Under the pieces are notes generated by a model. That model was given only the letters and a program-made list of their open reading frames with translations. It had not been told where the DNA came from and ran no database searches. A DNA stretch of 64,000 nucleotides from an uncultured delta proteobacterium (GTDB taxonomy: Bacteria > Desulfobacterota > Binatia > JACPRU01), in assembly GCA_963745025.1 (NCBI GenBank), contig CAVUWD010000002.1, positions 96,001 through 160,000 on the forward strand, given 5' to 3'. Shown here piece after piece: positions 19,795 through 30,301 of the stretch. The position numbers and the translations under genes are program-made. Every line of letters starts with the position of its first letter. The first letter of the stretch is position 1.

Positions 19795-20385
19795 GTGAGC
19801 AGCGAGACGCTCTTCTTCTTTCTGCTCGCTGCCACGGCCTTCGAGCGCCTCGTGGAGCTGGCGCTCTCCCGCCGCAACGCCGCGTGGAGCTTCGCGCGGG
19901 GCGGGAAAGAATACGGCCGCGGCCACTACCCGCTCATGGTCGTGCTCCACGTCGGGCTTCTGGTTGGCGCCCCGGCCGAGGTCCTTTTTCTCTCCCGGCC
20001 CTTCGTCCCCGTTCTCGGCTGGCCCATGCTCGCGCTCGTGCTCGCCGCCCAGGCGCTGCGCTGGACGGCGGTGGGGACGCTCGGCACTCATTGGACGACC
20101 CGGGTGATCGTCGTCCCCGGACACGAGCGGATCCGCTCGGGTCCCTATCGCTTCGTCCGGCACCCGAACTATCTCGCGGTCGTCTTGGAGGGATTCGCGC
20201 TCCCCTTGGTCCACTCCGCATGGCTCACGGCAACGCTCTTCACCGCCGCGAACCTGCCGCTTCTCGCCGTGCGGATTCGCTGCGAGGAGCGGGCGCTTCT
20301 CTGGGGACGGCCGCGGTGCGGGCGTGAAAAGAGACGGCGGCCTCTGAAAGCTATTCCAGTACCTGCTCGACGGTCTCAACCCTGA
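19795..20385 (+). CDS. Isoprenylcysteine carboxyl methyltransferase family (SrsB/BpsB-like)
   Basis: ERLVELALSRRN, HYPLMV, GPYRFVRHPNY, RIRCEERAL; directly downstream of the type III PKS. Confidence 0.9.
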   Translation: MSSETLFFFLLAATAFERLVELALSRRNAAWSFARGGKEYGRGHYPLMVVLHVGLLVGAPAEVLFLSRPFVPVLGWPMLALVLAAQALRWTAVGTLGTHWTTRVIVVPGHERIRSGPYRFVRHPNYLAVVLEGFALPLVHSAWLTATLFTAANLPLLAVRIRCEERALLWGRPRCGREKRRRPLKAIPVPARRSQP

Positions 20386-20814
20386 GCGCATCCTAGTCGG
20401 CGCCGAGGCGGTCGGCATGGGCAAACGGGCGCTCGACGCGCCGTCCGCTACGCCAACGAGCGGATCGTCTTCGGCCGGCCTATCGGGATGAACCAGGGTC
20501 TTCAGTTCCCGCTGGCCGATGCCGCAGCCCGCCTCGAGACGGCCGGGCTCATGGTTTACAAGGCTGCTTGGCTCTACGACCGTGGCTTGCCCTGCGGCAA
20601 GGAGGCCAACATGGCCAAGTACGTGGCCGCCGACGCCGCCTATCAAGCCGCCGACCGCGCGGTGCAGATCCACGGAGGGTACGGCTACATCAAAGACTAC
20701 GACGTTGAACGGTACTGGCGCGAGGCGCGGCTGTTCCGCCTGGCGCCGATCTCGCAAGAGATGGTGCTGAACTATATCGGCGAGCACGTGCTCGGGTTGC
20801 CGCGCTCGTATTGA
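20354..20814 (+). pseudogene. Acyl-CoA dehydrogenase C-terminal fragment
   Basis: LDGLNPERI (frameshift) RIVFGRPIG, ANMAK, QIHGGYGY, ERYWRE; the N-terminal part is absent. Confidence 0.85.
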
Positions 20815-20971
20815 GCGGAGAGGAGAGTCGCATCGAACCGGTCGAGGACATCCCACAAAGAACGACGGCGGCCTCGAATTCGGATCTTTCCGCTCGCGAT
20901 TTAGGACCTGGCGAGATCGCACGCTGGCAAACTTCGTTCCGCGGATGTAATTTGCCCTCTCGGAACCACCC

Positions 20972-22213
20972 GTGACAGATCCGGAAGATCGAGAGGCGAG
21001 CGCCGAGGAAGACTTTGCCGCGCTCCTGGCGCAGAGCGAAGCGGCCGAGAAGCGCCGCCCGCGGATCCGCAGCGGGGACCTCGTGCGCGGGCGCGTGGTG
21101 GCCGTCGGAGCGCAGAGCGCCTTCGTCGCGATCGGCGCGAAGGCGGAAGCGGTGATCGAGCTCGCCGAATTCCGCGATCCCGAGACCGGGGAAGTTCGGC
21201 TCGCGATCGGAGACCAGATCGAGGCGACGGTGATGGACGACGGCAGCCGCTCGGGATCGATCGTTCTCAAACGAACGCTCGGCCGCGGCGGGCACGTCCC
21301 CGGAGAGCTCGAGCAGGCGCTCGAGCACGGCATCGCCGTCGAAGGGGTGGTGACCGGCCAGAACAAGGGAGGATTCGACGTACAGGTCGCGGGGCAACGA
21401 GCGTTCTGTCCCGCCGGGCAGATCGACGTCCGCCGCGGCGATCCCGCGCAGTACGTCGGGCAGCACCTGCGCTTCCACGTGATCAAGATCGAATCCGGCG
21501 GACGGAACCTGGTGGTGTCGCGGCGGCGGCTCCTCGAAGAGGAAGCGGCCGCGAAGGCCGCCGAGACGTGGGAGCGTCTCGAGGTGGGCGCGGTCGTCAG
21601 CGGCACCGTCACGTCGCTTCGCGACTTCGGCGCCTTCGTGGACATCGGCGGGGTCGAAGGGCTCATCCACGTGAGCGAGCTCGGCTACGGTCGAGCGGGC
21701 CATCCCGGCGAGGTGCTCGAGGTGGGCCAAACCGTCGAGGCGCAGGTCGTGAAGCTCGAGCCTGACCCGACCGGGGGCCGTGGGCGCGTCGGTCTCTCGC
21801 TCCGCGCGCTCGCTCCCGATCCGTGGCAGACGGCCGCCGAGCGCTTTCCCGCGGGTGCGACGGTGAACGGCAAGGTCCGGCGCCTCGAGTCCTTCGGCGC
21901 GTTCGTCGAGATCGCCCCCGGTCTCGAGGGGCTCGCCCACGTCTCCCGCCTCGCGCTCGACCGGCGGGTCTCCCATCCGCGTCAGGTCGTCGCGGTCGGA
22001 GACGAAGTCGAAGTGACCGTCGTCTCGGTCGATCCCGAAAAGCGCAGGCTCGCGCTCTCGATGGTCGAGTCCGCCCGGCGCGCCCGCGATGCCGCCGAGT
22101 TCGCCGAGAGCGGCGAGACCGCCGACCTGCTCGCCCGATCCAAGGAAACGAAGAGCTTTGGCACGCTCGCGGAGCTGCTCGCGCCACCGAAGAAGCCGAA
22201 ACGGGGAAGCTGA
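20972..22213 (+). CDS. Ribosomal protein S1-like RNA-binding protein (about four S1 domains; probable paralog)
   Basis: NKGGFDV, RAFCP, DFGAFVDIGGVEGLIHVSEL, SFGAFVEIAPGLEGLAHVS; C-terminal FGTLAELL. Confidence 0.9.
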   Translation: MTDPEDREASAEEDFAALLAQSEAAEKRRPRIRSGDLVRGRVVAVGAQSAFVAIGAKAEAVIELAEFRDPETGEVRLAIGDQIEATVMDDGSRSGSIVLKRTLGRGGHVPGELEQALEHGIAVEGVVTGQNKGGFDVQVAGQRAFCPAGQIDVRRGDPAQYVGQHLRFHVIKIESGGRNLVVSRRRLLEEEAAAKAAETWERLEVGAVVSGTVTSLRDFGAFVDIGGVEGLIHVSELGYGRAGHPGEVLEVGQTVEAQVVKLEPDPTGGRGRVGLSLRALAPDPWQTAAERFPAGATVNGKVRRLESFGAFVEIAPGLEGLAHVSRLALDRRVSHPRQVVAVGDEVEVTVVSVDPEKRRLALSMVESARRARDAAEFAESGETADLLARSKETKSFGTLAELLAPPKKPKRGS

Positions 22214-22331
22214 GTCACCGGCCTGCCGTCCGCCCTCGGCGCGAACCTCGAGAACCGCCGGCAGAATTCGGCGCCGTCTGCGACCTCGTTTGCCACGGCG
22301 ACTCCGACCGCGGTAGAAAATCGGCGATCCC

Positions 22332-23147
22332 ATGAGCCTCATCGTCATCTCCCGCGAGATGGGAAGCGGCGGCACGTTGCTCGGTCGCGCCGTCGCGCAG
22401 CGTCTCGGTTACCGCTTCGCAGGCCGCGAGGTGATCCTCGAAGCGGTCAAGCGCTACCGCGTCCCCGAGGAAAGCCTGTCGCGGCTCGAGGAGGGAAAGC
22501 CGAGGTTCTGGGAGCGATTGGATCGCGAGCGTTACCTCGCCTACCTCCAGGCCGTGATCTACGCCTTCGCCGCGGACGACGACGCGGTGCTCACGGGCCG
22601 GGCGGCGCCGTTCTTCTTCGCCGGCGTCGATCACGCGCTGCGCGTGCGCGTCACGGCGCCGCTTGCGGTCCGCGCGGCGCGGCTCGCCGAGGAGGCGAAG
22701 ATCCCGGTCAGCGAGGCGGAAGGGCGCATCGCCCGCTACGACAGCGATTCGAGCGCTCGCCTCGCGCAGGCGTTGAACGTCGACGCCAGCGACCCGCACG
22801 GTTACGACGTGGTGCTGAACACCGCGCGGGGAACGCCCGACGGCCATGCGGCCGTCATCGCCGAGTTCGTCCAGCATCCCCCGTTCCGCTCGACTCCCGA
22901 GTCGGTCCGGGCGATGCGTGACCGGGCGATCGCGGCACAGGTTCGCGCCGAGCTGCTGCAGACCTCGGGCCTCGACACGCCATCGATCCAGGTGCGCTCG
23001 GAGGGCGGTTACGTATCGCTCCACGGCACGGTCTTCGGACCCGAGTGGGAGGCGCGCGCCATCGCCGCGGCGAGCTCGGTGCCCGGCGTCCGGCGCGTGG
23101 TCTGCGAATCGATCGATCCGGCCGCCGGCTACATCCCGCCTCGCTGA
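22332..23147 (+). CDS. Cytidylate-kinase-like family protein with C-terminal BON domain
   Basis: ISREMGSGG P-loop-like motif, YDVVLNT; BON features GYVSLHGTV...VPGVRRV. Confidence 0.85.
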   Translation: MSLIVISREMGSGGTLLGRAVAQRLGYRFAGREVILEAVKRYRVPEESLSRLEEGKPRFWERLDRERYLAYLQAVIYAFAADDDAVLTGRAAPFFFAGVDHALRVRVTAPLAVRAARLAEEAKIPVSEAEGRIARYDSDSSARLAQALNVDASDPHGYDVVLNTARGTPDGHAAVIAEFVQHPPFRSTPESVRAMRDRAIAAQVRAELLQTSGLDTPSIQVRSEGGYVSLHGTVFGPEWEARAIAAASSVPGVRRVVCESIDPAAGYIPPR

Positions 23148-23181
23148 GCCGTTTCCGCCGCCGGCCGACCGGCCGCCACCC

Positions 23182-24723
23182 TCAGTGTGCCGCGACCATG
23201 GCGCCGCGGCTCCGGCCGAGGAACACGATGAGCGGCAGCATCGCCACCGCCACGAGCGTGAGGATCACGAACACGTCGGAGAAGGCGAGGACCGCCGCCT
23301 CGCGCTGGACGAGCCCGTAGATCATCGCCGTGGCCTGCTGCATGGCGCTCTCCGGCGGCGCTCCCGCGCGCATCGCGAGCTCGGTTCCGCCCTGGAAGGC
23401 GAGCTGCGCGATCGGGTTGGTCGGGTTGACGTGGGTGACCAGGATCGCCTGGTGGAGCTGCGCGCGGCGTACGATGAAGGTGCTGGCGACCGCGATGCCG
23501 ACCGAGGCGCCCGTGTTGCGCATCAGGTTGAAGAGCCCCGAGGCGCTGCCGACGCGCTCGGCGGGGATGGCCGCCAGGGCCGCCGCCGACAGCGGAACGA
23601 ACGTGAAGCCCATGCCGAAGCCGTGGACGAGTGACGGCCACACCATGCCCCAGAAGCTCGACTGGATCGTGAACTGCGACATCTCGAAGCTGCCGACCGC
23701 GACGAAAATGAATCCGGTCGCGAGGATGAATCGGGTGTCGATCTTGCCGTACAGCTGGCCGACGATGAACATGCTCGTCATCGTCGCGAAGCCGCGCGGC
23801 GCCATCGCCAGGCCCGCCTGGAGAGCCGGATAGCCCATCACGTACTGCAAGTAGAGCGGCCACGTCACGAGGTTCCCGTAGAGCGTGAAGGCGAGGAGCG
23901 TGCTCATCGCCGCGCCGGCGGCGAAGGCGCGGAAGCGAAAGAGAGAAAGATCGACGACCGGGTGCTCGCAACGAGTCTCCCACCAGATCAAGGTGACGAA
24001 CGCGATCATCGAGACGCCGAGAAAGACCGAAACCCACGTTGCCTCGAACCAGTCGGCGCGCTCGCCGCGGTCGAGGACGAGCTGCCAGACGCCGATCGTG
24101 ACCACCACGAGGGCGAGCCCGAGGTAGTCGATCCGCTCGATCTTCCGCGCCGGGTGCTTGGACTCGGGGATGAATGCGCCCTGGAGTAGGAAGGCGAGGA
24201 TGCCGAACGGCAGGTTCACGTAGTAGATCCACCGCCAGCTGTAGTTGTCGGTGATCCAGCCGCCGAGCGCGGGGCCGAGGATCGGTGCGGTCATCAGCCC
24301 CATTCCCCAGACCGCCATCGCCAGACCGTGCTGCGCCGGCGGAAAGGCCTCCATGAGCACCGCTTGCGACATCGGGATCATCGCGGCGCCGCCCATACCC
24401 TGAATGACCCGGAAGACGACCATACTCTGCAGGTTCCAGGCCAGGCCGCAAAGCATCGACGCCGCCGTGAAGAGTACCGTCGACGCCATGAAGAAGCGCT
24501 TGCGGCCGAACAGCATCGACAGCCAGCCGGTGAGCGGAACGACGATGCCGTTCGAGACGAGGTAGGAAGTGAGGATCCACGTGACCTCGTCGACCGATGC
24601 CGAGAAGCTCGCCTGCATGTGCGGCAAGGCGACGTTGCCGATCGTGACGTCGAGCACCTCGAGGATCGTCGCGAGCATCGCCGCCACCGCGACGAGCCAC
24701 TTGTTGGTTCCTGTGGAACTCAC
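23182..24723 (-). CDS. DHA2-family MFS efflux permease (EmrB/QacA)
   Basis: LDVTIGNVALPHM, WILTSYL, GPALGGWITDNYSWRWIYYVNLP. Confidence 0.95.
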   Translation of the reverse strand: MSSTGTNKWLVAVAAMLATILEVLDVTIGNVALPHMQASFSASVDEVTWILTSYLVSNGIVVPLTGWLSMLFGRKRFFMASTVLFTAASMLCGLAWNLQSMVVFRVIQGMGGAAMIPMSQAVLMEAFPPAQHGLAMAVWGMGLMTAPILGPALGGWITDNYSWRWIYYVNLPFGILAFLLQGAFIPESKHPARKIERIDYLGLALVVVTIGVWQLVLDRGERADWFEATWVSVFLGVSMIAFVTLIWWETRCEHPVVDLSLFRFRAFAAGAAMSTLLAFTLYGNLVTWPLYLQYVMGYPALQAGLAMAPRGFATMTSMFIVGQLYGKIDTRFILATGFIFVAVGSFEMSQFTIQSSFWGMVWPSLVHGFGMGFTFVPLSAAALAAIPAERVGSASGLFNLMRNTGASVGIAVASTFIVRRAQLHQAILVTHVNPTNPIAQLAFQGGTELAMRAGAPPESAMQQATAMIYGLVQREAAVLAFSDVFVILTLVAVAMLPLIVFLGRSRGAMVAAH

Positions 24724-25781
24724 TCGGTGAGAGCCATTGCCTCTGCGACCGGGCGCTTGCGGACCGGCGTCTCGCCGCTCACGTCGATCGTGGCGACCAC
24801 CGACAGGCTCACCCGCAGCGGACGGTCGATCGGCGGCGGCTCGTCGAGCGCGATCCGCACCGGAACGCGCTGCACGACCTTGACCCAGTTCCCGCTCGCG
24901 TTCTCGGGCGGTAGCAGAGCGAACGCAGCGCCGCTCCCGGGAGCCATGCTCGCGACGTGGCCATGGTAGACGACGTCCGGGTAGACGTCGGCGACGACCT
25001 CCGCGGGCTGGCCGACGCGAACCGAGTAGAGCTGCGTCTCCTTGAAGTTCGCCTCGATGTACACGCGCCCGAGCGGGACGATCATCATGAGCGGCTGACC
25101 GGCCTGGATGCGCTGGCCGAGCTCGATGGTGCGCCTAGCGATCACGCCGGCGATCGGAGCGCGGACGTCGGCGTAGGAGAGCAGAAGAGCCGCCATGTCA
25201 CGCGCGGCGATTGCCTGACGAACGATGGCCGTCTCCGTCGAAGGGGCGTCGAGGGGGATTCCGAGCGCGGCCTGCGCGCCGACGACCTCGTGGCGCGCGG
25301 CCTCGACCCGAGCCTCGCCGGCGCGCAGCGCGGTTCGCGTCTGGTCGAGCCGCTCGACGGACATGGCCTGCCGGCCGGCGAGCTGCTCGGCACGCGAATG
25401 ATCGAGCCGGCGCTGTGCGAGCTCCGCTTCGGCGACCGCGAGATGGCTCTGGGCGGTCAGCACGGCGGCCTTCATCTCCTCCGTGGTGCGGATCGCGTGG
25501 GCGACCGCCGCTTCGGTCTCGCGGAGCTTGACCTCGTACTCCGCGCGGTCGAGCCTCACGATCAAGTCGCCCTCCTCGACGTGCGCGTTCTCCTGGACCG
25601 CTAGCTCGACGATGGCACCCGGGACGCGCGCCGTCACCTGTGCGATGTCGGCTCGCACGTAGGCGTCGTCGGTCGAGACGTGAGTCTGGTAGAAGCGCCA
25701 CCAGCGGACGCCGACGACCCCCGCGGCGACGAGCGCCACGACGACGAGGACGATCAGGGCCGGACGCCGCCAGCGCGTCAT
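24720..25781 (-). CDS. HlyD/EmrA membrane fusion protein
   Basis: STDDAYV, ANFKETQL, LLPPENASGNWVKVVQRVPVRI. Confidence 0.95.
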   Translation of the reverse strand: MTRWRRPALIVLVVVALVAAGVVGVRWWRFYQTHVSTDDAYVRADIAQVTARVPGAIVELAVQENAHVEEGDLIVRLDRAEYEVKLRETEAAVAHAIRTTEEMKAAVLTAQSHLAVAEAELAQRRLDHSRAEQLAGRQAMSVERLDQTRTALRAGEARVEAARHEVVGAQAALGIPLDAPSTETAIVRQAIAARDMAALLLSYADVRAPIAGVIARRTIELGQRIQAGQPLMMIVPLGRVYIEANFKETQLYSVRVGQPAEVVADVYPDVVYHGHVASMAPGSGAAFALLPPENASGNWVKVVQRVPVRIALDEPPPIDRPLRVSLSVVATIDVSGETPVRKRPVAEAMALTE

Positions 25782-26244
25782 AACGACCCGCGACCGACGA
25801 TACGGTGGTCGAGCTCGAAGCTCCGCGTCGGCAAGCGGGCCGAATCGGCATGTCGGGGCTCGGGGCTTCGCGTGTGCGCCATGGCGACGAACGGATCGGT
25901 GGATGAGGGATCCATAGGCGCTGGTTCTTTCGGGTCTCTATTTGCCTGTCAAATGGCGCCAGGACTTGGAGCACCGATGCCGACCGGCTGAGCTTTCCGG
26001 AATCGTCGCGCCACGCGAAGAATTTGGAGAAGCAGTGACAAATCGCAGATTGCGGGCGTCAGCCTGCGCCGAGGCCGCCGAGCTCGCGAGCGGAGCAAGT
26101 CGCAGCGACCGTGACGGAGAAGCCGCTCGAGCAGCGGCGGCGACGGCGGGCGTATCGCCGAGTCGGCGCCGTCCGCCTAGCGATCGAAGATCACGTGCTC
26201 GGCGGTCATGAACACGCGCGACTGAATGCTTCAGCGCTTCGGCA

Positions 26245-27432
26245 TCAGAGCATCTCGATCGCCAGGGCAACCGCCTCGCCGCCGCCGATGCACAGAGTGG
26301 CGACGCCGCGCTTACCGCCGGTCTTGCGCAGAGCGCCGACCAGGGTCGCGGTGATGCGCGCGCCCGAGGCGCCGATCGGATGCCCGAGCGCGCAGGCGCC
26401 ACCGTGCACGTTGACTTTCTCGTGCGGCAAGCCGTGCTCCTTCATCGCCGCCATCGTCACGACCGCGAAGGCCTCGTTGATCTCCCAGAGGTCGACGTCC
26501 TTGGCGCGCCAGCCGGTGCGGTTGAGGAGCGTCTCGATGGCGTAGACGGGCGCGATCGTGAATTCGCCCGGCAGACGGGAATGCGAGCCGTGCGCGACGA
26601 TCTGTGCGAGCGGCTTGAGGCCTCGTCGCGCGGCCTCCGATTGCGGCATGACGACCACCGCGGCCGCGCCGTCCGAGATCGAGCTGGCGTTCGCGGCGGT
26701 GATCGTGCCGTCCTTCTTGAAGGCCGGCCTCAGCGTCGGGATCTTCTCGAGGTTCGCCTTGAAGGGCTGCTCGTCTCGGCAGAGCGTCTCGGTTCCGCCT
26801 TTGCCCGCGACGGCGATCGGCGCGATCTCGAAGGCGAAGGTCCCGTCCTCGTTCGCGCGGCGGGCGCGGGTCAGTGAGGTGATGGCGAACGCGTCTTGCT
26901 CCTCGCGGCCGAAGCCGAAGCGCTCGGCCGTGCGCTCGGCGAAGACCCCCATCGCCGTGCCGCGCTCGTAGGCGTCTTCGAGCCCGTCGAGCGCCATATG
27001 ATCGTAGATGGTCGCGTGCCCGTAGCGGTAGCCGCCGCGCGCCTTCGGCAGGAGGTAGGGTGCGTTGGTCATCGACTCCATGCCGCCGGCGACGATCACG
27101 CGGCACGATCCGGCCCGCAGCAGGTCGTGCGCGAGCATGATCGCCTTCATGCCCGAGCCGCACATCTTGTTGATCGTGGTCGCGCCGGCCGAGTCCGGGA
27201 GGCCCGCGCCGCGCGCCGCTTGACGGGCCGGCGCCTGTCCCAGGCCGGCCGGCAGGACGCAGCCCATGATGACCTCGTCGACGTCGGCGGGTGCGAGCGC
27301 GCTCCGCTCGACGGCCGCTCGGACCGCCGCCGCGCCGAGCTCCGGAGCGGCCAGGCTCGAGAAGATCCCGAGCATGCCGCCCATCGGCGTGCGGGCGACG
27401 GAAGTGATGACGATCGGATCATAGGCGCTCAT
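26245..27432 (-). CDS. Acetyl-CoA C-acyltransferase (thiolase)
   Basis: NKMCGSG, NEAFA, GHPIGASG, LCIGGG. Confidence 0.95.
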   Translation of the reverse strand: MSAYDPIVITSVARTPMGGMLGIFSSLAAPELGAAAVRAAVERSALAPADVDEVIMGCVLPAGLGQAPARQAARGAGLPDSAGATTINKMCGSGMKAIMLAHDLLRAGSCRVIVAGGMESMTNAPYLLPKARGGYRYGHATIYDHMALDGLEDAYERGTAMGVFAERTAERFGFGREEQDAFAITSLTRARRANEDGTFAFEIAPIAVAGKGGTETLCRDEQPFKANLEKIPTLRPAFKKDGTITAANASSISDGAAAVVVMPQSEAARRGLKPLAQIVAHGSHSRLPGEFTIAPVYAIETLLNRTGWRAKDVDLWEINEAFAVVTMAAMKEHGLPHEKVNVHGGACALGHPIGASGARITATLVGALRKTGGKRGVATLCIGGGEAVALAIEML

Positions 27433-27495
27433 GGCATTACCTCCCGATTGAGGATGGACCGAGTCGAGCCACTTGTCGACCTGGAGACGGTTCCG

Positions 27496-28951
27496 TCACG
27501 CGTGCACCCGCGGACGGCGGCCGGACCATGGCGCGGCCTGCTCGATCTGCGCCGCCAGCCGCAGCAGCAGATCCTCGCGCCCGTACGCCGCGACGAGCTG
27601 TACGCCGACCGGTAGTCCGTCAGGTGTCACGTGGAGCGGCAGCGAGATCGCGGGCTGGCCCGCGATGTTCCAGGATGCCGTAAAGGGGCTGATCTCGTTC
27701 AGCCGCACGCCGACGTCGCGCGGATGCTCGCCGGGGCGGGTTTTGAAGATCCCCAGCTCCGGCGCTGGCTGCGCCACCGTAGAAGTCACGAGCACGTCGA
27801 ACCCGTCGGCCCACCATCCGGCCACGGCGCGCGAGAATTCGTTGAACCAGTCGCACGCGGCCAGATACTCGACGAGCTTCAGGCGCCGGCCCCGCTCGAT
27901 CAGGAACCACGTCCACTCGTCGAAATCGTCGGGCCCGACGGTGCGCGCGAGCATCGTCTCGACCGTCACCGCTTGCCGCGCGACGCCGCCGGCGACGACC
28001 TTGCCGAAAGCGGAGCTCAGCGTGGCATCGTCGAGCGCCGGCGGGAACGCTCGCCTCGACCTCGTGACCGAGCGATTCCAGCAATGTGGCCGCGCCGCGC
28101 ACCGCCGCCGCGCATTCGGGATGAAGTCCCGGATGAAACACCGGGGCGCGATCCATGAAGCCGATCCGCAGGCGGCCCGGCGCCTGCCCGACTGCGTCTC
28201 GGAACGGGCGCGCCGGCGGCGGCGCCATCCACGGGTCGCCCGGCATGTAGCCCGCCACCGCGTCCAACGCAGCCGCGGCGTCGCGCACGGTGCGCACGAG
28301 CGCGCCCTCTTCGCAGAGCCCGCGCCAGAACTCCGCATGCGCGGGTCCGAGCGAGGTCCTGCCGCGCGAGCCTTTGAGGCCGACCAGTCCGCAGAAGGAG
28401 GCGGGAATCCGGATCGATCCGCCGGCGTCGCTGCCGTGCGCAATCGGCACGATGCCCGACGAGACCGCTGCGGCCGCGCCGCCGCTCGATCCGCCGGCGA
28501 TGCGCGACGGGTCCCAAGGATTGCGGGTCGCGCCCCACGCGCGCGTCTCGGTCGAGAGCGTCGCGCCCCACTCCGGGACGGTGGTCTGCGCGAGCGTGAT
28601 CAGGCCTGCCGCGCCGAACTTCGCCGCCACGTACGAGGTCGAGTCCGCGATGAGCCCGGCGTCTTTGAACGGCTTCCATCCCCAGCTGAACGGCTCGCCC
28701 GCAATCGTCTGCAAGAGGTCCTTCATCAGGAACGGCACCCCGCGGAACATCCCGGTTTGGACTCTGCTTCGGTCGCGCGCTTGCGCGAGCGCCTTTTCGT
28801 AACGCGCGAAGATGACGCAGTTGAGCTGCGGGTTCAGTCGTTCGATCCGCGCGATCGCGGCCTCGGCCAATTCGGCCGGCGTGACCGCTCCCTTGGCCAC
28901 GAGTTCGGCCTGCGCCGTCGCATCCAGCCAGGTCAGTTCGCTGCGACTCAT
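27496..28951 (-). pseudogene. Amidase-signature family protein with one frameshift near 28050
   Basis: GGSSGG and GSDAGGSIRIPASFCG in one frame; PFTASWNIAGQPAISLP...GLPVGVQL in another. Confidence 0.88.
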
Positions 28952-29201
28952 CGTACGGTTCCCCTTTCGATGCCTCAGGCGGCGCATTCATTCCACAAAG
29001 TCGGGGAGCCGGCGACCCGGGAGCGACCGGCGGAGAAGACGGAGTGCAGACCGCCGAGGAGTCGAAGCCGGGCTCGCTCCGGCGTGCGCGCACGAAGTTC
29101 TGGCCGAAACGAGGGGCGTCTGCTACGCCATCGTGGGTGAAGCGGCAAAACGCCAGATCAGGAGAAGGCGCTAGGCCCGACGCCAGAAGGAAGTGCCAGC
29201 C

Positions 29202-30263
29202 ATGTGCAGCGAGCACCACCCGAGCGTTCATTCGCTGATCCGGATTGCCCCCCGCGAGCCGGCGGGCGAGGGCGAGCCTCGCGAGACGATTCCACTCGCT
29301 CCGGTAGACTCGGTCACCATCACCACACTCTGCGACAACGTCACCGACATGCTGCTACCCGACCAGGGACCCGCCAAGCGTCCGCTCCTCGGCGGGCCGA
29401 AGGTGGCGACGGTCGCGGTGCGCACCCTCGAAGCGGGCGTCGGCATGGATGCCTTTCACGCAGAGCACGGGTTCTCGGCGCTCGTGACCGTTCGCTCGGG
29501 CGGGGGCGTGCACCGCTTTCTCTTCGATACGGGAGTGACGCCGGACGGGATGGTCGAGAACATGCGCCGGCTCGATCTCTCGGCCAAAGACGTCGAAGTG
29601 ATCGTGATGTCGCACGGACACTTCGACCACACAGCGGGGCTCGACGGATTCGTCCGGACGGTTGGACGCGCGAACCTTCCCGTGCTCATCCATCCCGAGT
29701 TCTGGACGCGGCGCCGGTTGAACATCCCCGGGCGCACGCCGATCGAGCTTCCGTCGACCAGCCGTCGGGCGCTCGAGGGAGCGGGCTTCGAGATCGTCGA
29801 GCAGCGCCAGCCGTCGTTCCTCTTCGAGGACATCGTGCTGATCACCGGGGAGGTCGATCGCACGACGGCATTCGAGAAAGGCTTCCCGGTCCACGAGGCG
29901 GAGCGCGAGGGACGGTGGGTCCCCGATCCGCTGATCCTCGACGACCAGGCGATGATCGTGAACGTCCGCGACAAGGGGCTCGTGGTTCTCACGGGCTGCG
30001 GCCACGCGGGCGTCGTCAACATCCTGCGCTACGCGAGGCGGTTGACCGGGGTCGACCGGATCCACGCCGTGATCGGCGGCTTTCACCTGAGCGGGCCGCT
30101 GTTCGAGCCGATCATCGGCCCGACGTGCGAGGGGCTCGCCTCGCTCGCCCCTGACGTGATCGTCCCCGCTCACTGCACCGGCTGGAAGGCGACCCATGCG
30201 CTCGCCGCGCGCTTCCCCGGCGCGTTCATCCAGAACAGCGTCGGCACTCGCTTCGAGATGTAG
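29202..30263 (+). CDS. MBL-fold metallo-hydrolase
   Basis: AEHGFS, FDTG, SHGHFDH, TGCGHAG, GGFHL, PAHCTG. Confidence 0.92.
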   Translation: MCSEHHPSVHSLIRIAPREPAGEGEPRETIPLAPVDSVTITTLCDNVTDMLLPDQGPAKRPLLGGPKVATVAVRTLEAGVGMDAFHAEHGFSALVTVRSGGGVHRFLFDTGVTPDGMVENMRRLDLSAKDVEVIVMSHGHFDHTAGLDGFVRTVGRANLPVLIHPEFWTRRRLNIPGRTPIELPSTSRRALEGAGFEIVEQRQPSFLFEDIVLITGEVDRTTAFEKGFPVHEAEREGRWVPDPLILDDQAMIVNVRDKGLVVLTGCGHAGVVNILRYARRLTGVDRIHAVIGGFHLSGPLFEPIIGPTCEGLASLAPDVIVPAHCTGWKATHALAARFPGAFIQNSVGTRFEM

Positions 30264-30301
30264 GCGCGAGCACGGTCGGGGCAACAAAGGGAGGGAAGCC
30301 C

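Noticed and set aside
26177-26215. Minus-strand VFMTAEHVIFDR resembling an EthD C-terminus
   Set aside because: Too short to support as a gene remnant without a search.
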